In this document: positions 49,003 through 60,989 of the stretch, piece after piece
Layout of the letters: every line of letters begins with the position of its first letter
Numbering within the stretch: the first letter of the stretch is position 1
Source of the DNA: Chiloscyllium plagiosum
Lineage: Eukaryota
Assembly: GCF_004010195.1 (NCBI RefSeq)
Contig: NC_057720.1
Coordinates: 14,582,602 to 14,646,601 of the forward strand
DNA: 64,000 bases
Direction of reading: 5' to 3'
Made by a program: the position numbers and the translations under genes
Notes under the pieces: generated by a model
Told to the model about the DNA's origin: nothing
The model's database searches: none
The model's input: only the letters and a program-made list of their open reading frames with translations

Positions 49003-49912
49003 GATTTTGCCTGTCCTCGGATGCTGCCTGAATTGCTGTGCTCTTCCAGCACCACTGATCCCGAACTCTATGACCTTGTTAAAATTACTACATACCCAAT
49101 ACTCCAGCTGAGGTACAAGTTCAACATCACTTCCTTACCCCTATTAATACAACTGAGAATGTTGTAGTTTTAGTACTATTCCACCCATCCTGCTATCTTC
49201 AATGACTGGTGTATGTAAATGCCCCCACGTCCCTCTGCACCTGCACCCTCTACCTTGTATTGTATCTGTTCTTTTGACCATTATCTCACTTGATCTTCAT
49301 GTGTCACCTATTCTCCGAATATACCAACTTCTCAGTGTACTTTCGAATTCTACATTGCACTCCTCACTGTTTACAATTCTCCTGGATTTAGTGTCAAGTC
49401 CAAACTTGGAAATTGTCATTTGCACACCAAGATCCAGATCAAGAGATCCCAATATTAGCCCACTGCAAACCTTGATGCATTGACTTTTGTTTTTGTTTGC
49501 CAATACTGAACCTGTTTTGTGTTCATGTTGTCACTGTCCCTTTTGTACCATCACTATTAACTTTCCCCAAGTCTATTGTGAGGCTCTGCATCCAATGCCT
49601 TCAGGAAATATGTAATTTTTTTTATTCACCCGTTACATGGGTGTCGCTCATGACCAGCATTTATTGCCCTTCCCTAATTGCCCTTCAGAAAGTGATGGTG
49701 AGCAGCCTTCTTGAATTGTTACAATCTATAAGTTGTAGGTTATCCCACATTGCCATTAGGGATGAAATTCCAGGATTTTGACTGAATGAAACTGAAGGAA
49801 TAGTGTATGTTTTTCCAAGTCAGATGGTGAGTGGCTTGGAGGGGAACTTGCAGGTGATGGTGTTCCCATGATCTGCCACCCTTGTCCTTTGAGATGAGAT
49901 TGCATCTACCAA

Positions 49913-50245
49913 GGGGCGGCATGGTGGCTCAGTGATTAGCACTGCTGTCTCACAGCGCTAGGGGCCCGGGTTTGATTCCAGCCTCTGGCGATTGTCTATG
50001 TGGAGTTTGCACATTCTCCCTGTGTCTGTGTGCGTTTCCTCCCACAATGCAAAGATGTGCAGGTTAGGTGAATTGGCAATGCTAAATTGCCTGTAGTGTT
50101 CAGGGATATGTAGGTTTGGTGCATTAGTCATGGGTAAATGTAGAGTAATAGGGTGGGGGAATGGGTCTGGGTGGTTTACTCTTCAGAGGGTCGGTGTGTA
50201 CTAGTTTAGCCAAATGGCTTGTTTCCACAATTGTAGGGATTCTGC
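49913..50245 (+). mobile_element. HE1-type V-SINE
   Basis: ggggcggcatggtggctcagtgattagcac head, B-box gggtttgattcc and V-domain. Confidence 0.88.
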
Positions 50246-50254
50246 AATTCTGTG

Positions 50255-51125
50255 AAGTCGACAGTGAAGATCCCTACTTCACGGTACGATGGGACCTTGA
50301 TCATGTGGGCAATGAAATGACAGGTGGAGTTTAATTTAAATAAGTATGAGGTGCTGCATTTTGGAAAGGCAAATCAGGGCAGGACTTTTGCACTTAATAG
50401 TAAGGTTCTGGTTAGTTTGCTGAACAGACCTTGGAGTGTTGGTTCATGGTTCTTTGAAAGTGGCGTTGCAAGTAGACAGGGTAGTGAAGAAAGTGTTCAG
50501 TATGCTTGTGTTTTTTGGCTAGTGCATTGAGTAAAGGAGTTGGAAGGTCATGTTGCGACTTGTACAGGACATCAGTTAGGCCACTTTTGGAATACTGCAT
50601 TCAATTCTGGTCTCACTGCTTTAGGAAGGATGCTGTGAGACTTGAAAGTGTACAGAAAAGATTTACAAGGATGTTACCAAGGTTGGAGGGTTTGAGCTAT
50701 AGGGAGAGGCTGAAAATGCAGGGGCTGTTTTCCCTGGAGAGTCAGGGGCTGAGGGTTGACCTTTGTAGAGGTTTAGAAAATTGAGGGGCATGGAAAGGTT
50801 GGATAGCCAAGTTCTGTTCCTGGGGGTAGGGGAGTCCAGAACCAGAGGGCATAGGTTTAAAATGAGGGGAAAGATTTAAAAGGGAGCCAAAGGACAACTT
50901 TTTCTCACACAGGGTGGTGTGTGTGTGTGTATGGAATGAGCTGCCAGAGAATGTGGCGAAGGCTGATACAATTACAACATTTAAAAGATACCTGGATGGG
51001 TATTTGAATGAATATGAAGGGTATAGAGGGATATGAACCAAGTGGTATCATATGGGACTAGATTAATTTAGGATATCTGGTCGGCAAGGACGAGTTGGAC
51101 CAAAGGGTCTGTTTCCATGCTGTAC
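50255..51125 (+). mobile_element. CR1 LINE 3' fragment
   Basis: RPLLEYCIQFWS motif; standard tail. Confidence 0.85.
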
Positions 51126-51804
51126 TTAGTCAAAAGGCTTAACCCTCAACGCTCTCTGTTACCTCTTCGAAATGCTCCAAGTAAGTTGAACACCATTTTC
51201 CCTTTCGTAATCCTGCTGAAACTTCCTAATCTACTTAATCAATTCTTTCTACAACTACTTGATTATCGCCTAATTCGCGAGACATAATTTACCCCTCGTC
51301 GCTGGGCATTCTGTGGAGCTCCCCCAAGTGGTTTGCACATATTCTCTTTTTATGTGCAATTTGCTAGCAAAACATGATTTAATATGTTAAAATATACATC
51401 AGAACTACGTAATTTGTGGTATAATATCAAAGGAACTGTGGTTTACCAAAATAAAAACACCAGATTTGGGGGTTTTAAGTTGTTTGACATCAGTTTTACT
51501 GACTATATACTATTGGGTGTTATTTATTATATTCTCTGTTTTGAAACTGCGAGTCAGTGTATTCACTCAGAAGTTGTTGACCTTTAACTGGGATATATGT
51601 CGCTGCAGGAGTTGGCAGGGTCCAGGACCTCATCCAAGTAAATCGCTTAAGTGTGAGTTTGCTGACTGACGACAGTGCAACTTTGTGATAATGATGACCT
51701 GAATATTATCCTAGCATGAGAGACAACCATAAACATTCCTGATATGGGTTCCTAAATGGAAATTAGGTTACAGAAGCACTTGATTTTCACCACCTCCTCC
51801 TCCT

Positions 51805-52815
51805 AACATAGTAACATAGAAAATAGGAGCAGGAGTAGGCTAGTCAACCCTTCGAACCTCCTCTGCCATTCAATAAGATCATGGCTGATGGTCCAACTCA
51901 AGGGCTATATCAAACTGTTCTTGGAAAATATTCATGTTTTGGCCTCGACCACTTTCTGTGGCAGAAATTCTAGGAGCTCACTGAGGTGAAGAAATTTCTT
52001 TTCATCTGTGTCCTGAATGGCCTCCCCCATGTCCTGAGACTGACCTCTGGTTCTGACTTTACAGTCATTAGAAAAATCTTTCCTGCATTTAACTGACTTG
52101 TCCATTTGGAATGTTCTAGCATTTTACGAGATCTCTCTCCTCTTAAAATCTCATGAATATAGTCCTATTCAATCCAGTCTCTCTCCATATGTCAGTTCTG
52201 TGATCCAGGGAATTAGTCAGTAAACTTTACACTCCCTCCCCTAGCCAGAACATTCTTCCTCAGGTAGAGGTCAGCACTGCACGTGTACTCACCAAAGCCC
52301 TTTTACAGTTGCACCAAGATATCCCTGCTCCTGTACTTGAAGGCCAACATATCATTTGCTGCCTTCACCACCTGCTGTGCCTACATGTTTACTTTGTGAC
52401 TGGTGTACAAGAATACCCAGGTAATTTTACGCCTCCGTCTTACCCAATCTGTCGTCATTCAGATAATCTGTCTTCTGCCTTCCTGTTTTTGCTACCAAAT
52501 TGGATAACGTTTATCTGCTTTATACAATGTCAGCCATCCCTCAACCTGTCCAGAGCAAACTGAACCATGTCTGCAGCCTCCTCACAGTTCACCTTTTCAT
52601 ATGGCTTTGCCATCTGCAGGCTTGGAATTGTTACATTTAGTTCTGTCATCTAAATCATGAATATATATTCTGAATAGCTGGGGTCCAAGCACTAATCCGT
52701 GCAGAACCACACTAGTTGCTGCCTGTCACTTAGAAAAATACTTGTTTATTCTTCCTGTTTCCTGTCTCCAGTTCCACTAATTCTCTATCCATGTCAATGC
52801 ACTACCTCAGTCTGC
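51805..52815 (-). mobile_element. Old CR1 LINE fragment (continues about 53235-53540)
   Basis: catagaaaataggagcaggagtaggc tail in reverse; degenerate RT sequence. Confidence 0.65.
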
Positions 52816-54589
52816 TGGCACAGGGAACAGTGGGCAATTGCATGTGTATTCATTGGGAAGTGCATGGTCTCACACAGTGGTGTCGTCATGTTGACTTTAC
52901 ATGTGATGTTAGATGCATGTGCAGACAAGAGCAGGCAATTTTGGATGGGCATTCAGAGGTTGCTAAAGAGAGAGGGAGAGATGCAGGTGGAGTCCCGCAG
53001 AGCAAGAAGGGAAGAGGGGCCAAGAATTCACGGAGGGTGGGGCAGCAACGGCAAGGACACTCAGGACTCTGAAGGCTCTTCCCACCCCTCCTTTTTGCCT
53101 CTCCCTCCCTCCAGTTCTCTTTCTCTCAATTCCAATCTCTCTCCTCTGTACTCTCTGCAACCGCCCCCCCACCCCCAAAAGTACCCAGTCACATCGACTG
53201 AAATCTGCTTTAGATCATTGCATAGTGTGCATACATTGGTGTCAGCAATCTTAGCCTAATTTTACAAACTAATGTCTTAACATCTTTTATTGAAAGCCTT
53301 CCAAAAGTCGAAGTAAACCATATTCACAGGCACCCTCTAACAATTATTTCTACTGGTTATATTCTCAAAGAATTCTATTTGATTTGTCAAGCATGTTTTC
53401 CTTTTTTTTTGTAAATCTATGTTAACCGTATCTGCTTTTATCACTGTTTTCTATGTGCTCCACTCTTAAATCTTTTCATAATGCATTTACCCTACTACTG
53501 ATGTCAGACTAGCCATATTACAATTCTGTTTTCTCTTTATAGTCTTGACTGTGGTCAGCATAGTCCCTGGATTGAACCTGTTGGCTTCAGATGCATGTGA
53601 CTCATTGACACACCAAATATACATTTATTCAGAAAACCATCTGGGGAAACTGGTCTATTGGGCTACACTCTACTGCATATTTTATTTGGCATAAAGGCTG
53701 GGCGATCTGTAGACTAAGCTGCACTGTTCAATCAAAATGTCGAAGCATTATACATCACCTTTTTTTTTCCATTGAAAATAAGCGTGACTTTCTTGGGGCT
53801 AAAGTGTTAGAGTTCTGCCTGACTAGACTACATATTCACCAAACTAGACAAGTGTTTGTTTTCTATAGAAACCAAACCTTGGCTGCAGTGAAGAGTTTAA
53901 TATTAGTAAATGCAGTAATAGAACACATTGCGTCTTGTAGTTCCTGCCCATCAGGGAATAACTAGGTAGAATGGAGAGTTTGTGTTCTGGATACTCATTG
54001 AAGAAAATTCTGCAGCTCACTACCTCACACATAGTGTTAATGTTGCACATATTTAAAATTCAGAATTTTTCTTTCCTTTTTTATCTGATCTTGACTAACT
54101 TGACTTATTGAATACCACAGATCAGTTTACTTGTAGGACAAATAAATTGTTCACTCATCAATGTATACATATGAGTTGCCTTATGTTTTAAACTAAAATA
54201 ATTAAGTAGAATAAAAAATGTAACAGCCAAGGTTGCTGTCGTTTTTGGTGTTGTACAGAATAGCTTAATTTTTGCAATTTTTTGGTTGTATTGGGCAAAT
54301 GAAAACCGGAAATGCACAACAGGCCTGTGCTTCTGAAAAGAGAAAAATGTTAATTTGTGTTCTTGGTAGCTCTTTTCCTGCTTTTATTCAAATGCAGACT
54401 TTAATATGTACCTGTTCCAGCTTCTAGAATTTGCAATATATTTTTCTGTGGAGGATTGGGGGATGGGCAAAGAAGAATAAGGAGAACTTAGCAAATTTCA
54501 GAATGTTGGAAAGCTGTAATAAAGTACAAAGTTTGAAAACAGAAGTGACCATTTCTATTACTGTAGCACTTTTGTAATTTGCCTACTGA

Positions 54590-55760
54590 CATAATAGGGC
54601 CACAGCGGATGCCATTTCACTAGCCCTGCATTGATCCCTGGAACATCTGGACAACAAAGACACCGATATAAGACTCCTGCTCAAGTACAGCTCCACCTTC
54701 AACATTATTATCCCTCCAGACTGATCTCAAAACACTGCGACCTAGGTCTCGGCTCCACCCTCTGCAACTGAATCCTCATCTTCCTGACCCACAGATCACA
54801 ATCAATGAAGATAGGTAACTGCACTTCCTCCACAATAACACTCAACACTAGACCCTCCCCCTCCAAAGAATGTGCTCTCAGCTCATTATGGTATTCCCTG
54901 TACACCTACAACTGTGCCAAATTCCAAGCAAATGCCATCAACAAATTTTCTGGCAACACCACTGTGGTGGGACGGATACAAACAACATTGAGCCAGAATG
55001 CAGAAAGGAGATAAAGGGCCTGGTGAGGTAGTGCAATGATAACTTCATACTCAATGTCAGCAATACTAAAGAACTGAAAATTGACTTTTAAAAAGAAAGG
55101 AGAACATGCCCCCATCTACAAAGGAGCAGAGGTTGAGAGTGTCAAGTTCCTAGGAGTGATGATAACCTGTTCCTGACTTCCCATGTAGATGGGACAGTCA
55201 AGGAGGCACAGCAACCCCTGTTCTTCCTCTGGTGGCTCAGGAAACTTGGCACGTCCATAAGGACTCTCTCACCAACTTTTACAACTGCACTATAAAATGC
55301 ATAACGACCTGGTACAGCAACTGCTCTGCCCAAGACTGTAAGAAACAACAGAAGGTTGTGTGCACAGCCCAGACTATCACGGAAGTCTGCCTCCTACTTC
55401 AGTTACGTGTATCATTGCTGTGGCAAGGCTGCTAACCTCAGCAAAGATCCATCCTACCCTGGTAATGCTCTCCTTTAACCTTTCCGTCAGGCAGACTATA
55501 GAGAAGGTTGAGTGCACACACCAGCAGATTAAAGAACAGCTTCTTCCTTGCTGTTATTAGATTGATGAATGGGCACTCTAACTTCAAATAATGTTGATCT
55601 TCCCTTGTGTACTTCCTGAATGGTGTAACCTGTATGCCTTATTCTGTCCAAATTTTCTTCACCCTATGATCTGTATATTCTTGCTTACTATAATCTGCCT
55701 GTGTTGCTCGCAACCAAAGCTTTTCACTGTAATAGGTACATGTAACAATAAATCAAATGT
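54590..55760 (+). mobile_element. Rex1/Babar-clade LINE RT fragment to 3' end
   Basis: TADAISLAL..LEHLDNKDT..RLL..YSSTFN motif, TITLNT..P..C.LS, and terminal aataaatcaaat. Confidence 0.75.
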
Positions 55761-56109
55761 ATCAATTTCTGCACGTCCAATTGCAGCTAATTATTTTGAA
55801 GAATAATAATGTAAGCAAAGAAAGAGAAAATTGTGTAAATATATTGGCAGGGCCACTCAAATTGTGTCTTTCAGTTTCTGGACTTTAGTTGCACTCTGCT
55901 TTTTGCATTTGGATTGTATTTGGTCATTTTTGTATGTATGGAAAGAAATCTTGAGTTGACTGGTATAGATATCAAAACCAGACTAAATAAGTCAACTGAT
56001 GTCTGTAGTGATGGTGTTTGAAGTTCAAGTCTGTTTTACTTTGCAAGTGTTCTGTTAAATGTTGTCTTTAAAGTTGCAAATATTTGATTAAGCACTCATC
56101 ATTTTACAG

Positions 56110-56239
56110 GATCGAAAGTTATTAGCTGCAGCTCAACAAATGCTTCAGGACAGCAAGACAAAAATAGAAGTGATTAGGATGCAAATTCTTAAATCGACAC
56201 AGACTAGTGAAGCAGTCTTTGAAAATTCAGATGGAATAG
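56110..56239 (+). CDS. PKN2: PKN2 coding exon (probable exon 4), end of HR1b
   Basis: Acceptor attttacag|GAT and donor G|gtaaga. Translates [43 protein letters not shown]. Not in the ORF track but in frame with the flanking exons. Confidence 0.95.
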
Positions 56240-56730
56240 GTAAGACCTAGATTTAAAATATGAAAGAGCTGGATGTGCTATTGTTACAGTAGCCTTTTGA
56301 AGTTATGAACATATAATGTTGATGTATGAACTATTATTCAACATTCTTGCACAGTGATGTATCTAAACCTCTGATATTATAGCTCTTTGCCCTGTAATAT
56401 AGATTTGTTAAATCTTTCCTTCTGTATTAACATTGTTTTTGGGAGATACATTAATATAAAGATTATCAGCAGGATTTCTGCTAATTTTGTTTGATTTTGA
56501 TGGCCTTGTTTAATGGCTTCCTTCTGTGTATGATACCATGTGAACAGCATTTCAAATGTATTGAAACATGCCTGGTGGCTATTGATAACTGTTGACAAAA
56601 AGGGCATTATTCTCTCTCTCTTCATCAATCATGCTTCATCAGCACTGACTTAACAGCTGATTCAATGTTGTTTTCTTCCAGTTGTGCAGTAATCATCTGT
56701 ACCTGTGTTTAAAATTTCTATTTATTTCAG

Positions 56731-56879
56731 CAACAAAACCTGTGATAAGCCCCCTAGAGCTTAGAGTTGAAGAGCTCAGGCATCACTTCAGAATAGAGTA
56801 TGCAGTGGCAGAAGGAGCAAAAAATGTTATGCGACTACTTGGGTCTGGAAAGGTTCCTGACAAGAAAGCACTTTCAGAG
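56731..56879 (+). CDS. PKN2: PKN2 coding exon (probable exon 5), HR1c
   Basis: Acceptor tttatttcag|CA and donor GAG|gtaatt. Translates (A)[49 protein letters not shown]. Confidence 0.95.
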
Positions 56880-56965
56880 GTAATTTTAAAAGGAATGTAT
56901 TTTACATATTTGTTACTGTAAATCTTCAGTACTTTTAGTTGAAGTAATTTTTCTTTCTCAACAAG

Positions 56966-57179
56966 GCACAAGCAAGATTTAATGAATCAAGTCAGAAATT
57001 GGATCTTTTAAAATACTCCTTAGAGCAAAGACTAAGTGAGCTTCCAAAAAACCACCCAAAGAGCAGTATTATCAAAGATGAATTGTCAATGGTTTCATCA
57101 CCGGCGCTCAGTCCACGTCACAGTGTGATTTATCCACAGAATCAGTACAGCACTCTATCCAAACCTGCTGCATTAACAG
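56966..57179 (+). CDS. PKN2: PKN2 coding exon (probable exon 6), end of HR1c and linker to C2 domain
   Basis: Acceptor ttctttctcaacaag|GCA and donor G|gtgtgt. Translates [71 protein letters not shown](G). Confidence 0.95.
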
Positions 57180-58127
57180 GTGTGTATTTCCAAAATCTTC
57201 ACTGTCAAGATTACTTTTGAGTGTGGTTGTTATGCAGGAGAGTAGTGCTGATTTATAATCACTGATACTCCATTTTGAGATGATCACATAACTGTCGTGT
57301 TGCACTTTCAGAAGCATAGTTCTGTAGTTCCATCTTAAATGGTTCTATGATATACTGTCATTTTCTAACATCAGAAAAGTGCACTTTTCCAACATTTCAT
57401 CCCATATCCACTAAAGTTCTTAAATGTTTATATTATAATGTTTACACCTATTGCTACAATTTGATCTTTAAATAGTTGACATTTCCATTTTGTCCAAATG
57501 TTCACTCCAGATCAAAATCACCAATTTTCTGTGACTGTAAATTCTGGTGCATTGATTCCCTGACCCTCTGTTAACTTTGATATCACAATTCTGCCATCCA
57601 TCACCATTCCTTCTGTGATTACCCTCTATGACAATGCCATGTCCTGATGCCATTTTATCTATTCCAATGCTGTCAAGTTTCTTCCTGCATTTCTCATTTT
57701 CACACTTGCCTCTGTGCTCAATCTCCAATTTCTTCACCTTTTCCTCACTTTGCACATTAGTGATGCTAACAGTAAATATGGATTCACCACCAAATGTACA
57801 AAATAACTTTCAATGCAATCTCTTTGCTGTTATGCCTTATTTGTCTGGCCATATTTCTGACTCTATCTGATATGTCACTTTGAGCCAGGGCTGAAGTTCG
57901 CAGGAAAATCAAAGCTATTTGTTTCATTCCAAATAGAATCTCAGCCAGCTATTTTGATTAAACCTAGAGGATGTGCAATCCGTTTTGATTCCAATATTAA
58001 TCAGTGTTACCTTGGAGCCAAGTCTGCTTGCCGCCATCTTCCAGTAACTTGTCTGTAGTGTTGTCAGTCATCAGCCACATTTCTCATTGTTTGATGATCC
58101 ATCCCTCAAATGCTTTCCTTGACGTCA

Positions 58128-59092
58128 CTATAAGGGTGACTTCATAGAGGTTTAAAATCATGAGGGGCATGGAATAGGGTGAATAGCCAAGCTCTTTCTC
58201 CCAGGGTAGGGGATTCCAGTACTCGAGGATATAGGTTTAAGGTGAAAGGGGAAAGTTTCAAAAGGGGCCTGAGGGGCAACTTTCTTGTGCAGAAGGTGGT
58301 ACTTGTATAGGGCACGCTGCCAGAGGAGGTGGTGGAGGCAGGTACAATTATAGCATTTAAGAGGTATCTGGATGGGTATATAGAGTTTAATTCAGATAAA
58401 TGAGAGGTGCTGCATTTTGGGAAAGCAAATCTTAGCAGGACGTATACACTTAATGGTAAGGTCCTAGGGAGTGTTGTTGAACAAAGAGACCTTGGAGTGC
58501 AGGTTCATAGCTCCTTGAAAGTGGAGTCGCAGATAGATATGATANNNNNNNNNNNNNNNNNNNNNNNNNNNNNNNNNNNNNNNNNNNNNNNNNNNNNNNN
58601 NNNNNNNNNNNNNNNNNNNNNNNNNNNNNNNNNNNNNNNNNNNNNNNNNNNNNNNNNNNNNNNNNNNNNNNNNNNNNNNNNNNNNNNNNNNNNNNNNNNN
58701 NNNNNNNNNNNNNNNNNNNNNNNNNNNNNNNNNNNNNNNNNNNNNNNNNNNNNNNNNNNNNNNNNNNNNNNNNNNNNNNNNNNNNNNNNNTATGTGTATG
58801 GAATGAGCTGCCAGAGGATCTGGTGGAGGCTGGTACAATTGCAACATTTAAGAGACATTTGGATGGGTATATGAATAGGAAGGGTTTGGAGGGATATGGG
58901 CCAGGTGCTGGCAGGTGTGACTAGATTGGGTTGGGATATCTGGTCGGCATGGACGGGTTGGACCAAAGGGTCTGTTTCCATGCTGTACATCTCTATGTAC
59001 TAAATATTGGCAAAACTGACGAGATCAGTTTAGGATATCTGGTCAGCATGGAACCGACAGGTCTATTTCCATGCCGTATGATTCTATGACTC
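58128..59092 (+). mobile_element. Nested CR1 copies: older tail 58128-58381 and 59000-59092, younger copy 58382-58997
   Basis: Two CR1 3' ends in series with an abrupt jump back to the EFNSDK.EVLHFGK region at 58382. Confidence 0.8.
58545..58790. other. Assembly gap (246 N) inside a young CR1
   Basis: Run of N; both flanks are collinear CR1 sequence. Confidence 1.
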
Positions 59093-60413
59093 GAAAAGTT
59101 GCGACCCTTGAGTACTCATCATCATTTGATTTGCGACTAACTGCTGATCCCATTCTCCATTGTAGATATGCAACGAATCCATATATCCCATTAGTAGTCT
59201 GTCTATTGACAGAAAGATATATGTAGTTCTATTACCGTTGCACCAGTGCACTTTTTGGCTAACAGATTCAAATAATCTGTGTATTTGGTGTGTAACTTTG
59301 ATTACTTTAGTGCCTCATCAGATTCTCGTGCAGTTAATGATTCTGAAAAACAAATACTCATTTTTTAAAAGCTACTTCAGTAACTAAGGTTTGGTAAGCC
59401 AATTACTGTTGTAGCATTCCTCTGAATCTTTTCAAGTGCCTGTAAATCACCAGCCACCACACAAGCAATCAAACCTAATGTGTTAACAAATCACTCTTGA
59501 AAATGCAAGCTAATATTTTATGTTGCTTTAGTTAATGCGTACTGGCCATGGAGTTCACAGGATTTGGATACAGTAATGTCAAGATCCTTTTCCTCCTTGA
59601 CAAACTTCAGTTGTTCATACTTTTAGGATATATTTATTCATTCTTTCCACATGCACTACATTGCCATTGCCAAATGTAGGCCGAGACTTTTGTTGCTTTT
59701 AAGGTTTGCATGGGATAGTTGTAGTTTAAAGTTGTTAGGATTCTTGAGTTGTGTGTGAAACCAGGGGCTTTTGTTCCTCGATAGAGAGTGTCACAGGCTA
59801 GGCTATCCCATGCCTTGTTGTTATTGAAGGTGATGGTGTGCAGCCTTCACGAGCCTCTAGTCCATTTGCTGTTGGTAAACTCTCAATGCCATTGAAGAGG
59901 GGCTTCCAGGATTTTGACCATGTGAACAACAAAATGATATTGCACGTCAGGATGGTGAATTGGTAGGAAACCTGCCGGTGGTGTTCCTGTGTACCTATTA
60001 CCTGTGTCCTTCCAGATGGAATGGTCGTGGGTTTGGAAAGTGCAGTCTGAAAACTTCAGTGAATTTCAGCAGAGCATGTAGATTGTGCACGCTGCTGTTA
60101 CAGTGCTTCTGTGGTGGAGGGAGTAGGTATTTGTGCATTTGGTGCCAATAAAGATGGCTGCTTTGTCCTGGATTGTGTAAGCTTGTGTTAGAGTTGCACT
60201 TGGCTAAGCAAGTGGAAAGTATTTCCTCAGTCTCGACTGTGTAGTAGATGATGGATTGGCTTTGGGGAGCGGATAGGTGACTTTTACATGCTGCAGGTTT
60301 TCTCGCTTCTGAAATGTTCTTGCAGTCACAATATTGGACAGATTGGATTGTTTAGTGAGGTCCTCGGATTGGCCCCATCGGTGTCGGACAAGTCCCTGGT
60401 GGAGCAAAAAAAT

Positions 60414-60690
60414 GGGTGGCACAATGGTTAGCACAGCGACAAAGACCTGGATTCAATTCCCGCCTCAGGCGACTGACCATGTGGAGTTTGCATATTCTCC
60501 CCGTGTCTGCGTGGGTTTACTCTGGGTGCTCCGGTTTCCTCCCACAGTCCAAAAATATGCAGGTTAGGTGAATTGTCCGTGCTAACTTGCCCGTTGTGTT
60601 AGGGGAATGGGTCTGGGTGGGTTGGTTGCGCTTCGGCAGGTCGGTGTGGACCTGTTGGGACGAAGGGCCTGTTCCCACACTGTAAGTAAT
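60414..60690 (+). mobile_element. HE1-type V-SINE nested in an older antisense LINE (about 59790-60990)
   Basis: V-domain and tail ccacactgtaagtaatct. Confidence 0.8.
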
Positions 60691-60989
60691 CTTATATTTA
60701 TGTAACTGGTCTGGTTCAGTTTCTCATAAATAGTAACCCCCGGGACTTTGATAATGGAGTATTTAAGAATGGTAGTGTCGTCGAATATCGATGGTTGGCT
60801 TCTTTCTTTTTAAAGATCATTGACTAGTACTTTTGTGGTGTGCATGTTAGCTCAAGCCTGGATATTGTCCAGGTCTTGTTGCATATGGATACAGACTTCA
60901 TCAGTATCTTGTAGTGTTGAATAGTGCTGAACATTTGTGCTTCTCCTATGATGGAGGGAAGGTTGTTAATGAAGTAGCTGAAGATAGTT

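Larger units (their letters stand above)
48843..49063. mobile_element. Palindromic PLE family A insertion
   Basis: Perfect TSD aactctatgaccttg at 48828-48842 and 49064-49078; perfect inverted arms 48881-48970 and 48972-49061. Confidence 0.92.

Noticed and set aside
48732..49111. Mirror ORFs on both strands with near-identical peptides
   Set aside because: A consequence of the DNA palindrome, not protein coding.
52699..53259. 186-aa ORF
   Set aside because: Spans an antisense CR1 and a purine/pyrimidine low-complexity patch; no recognisable domain or splice support.
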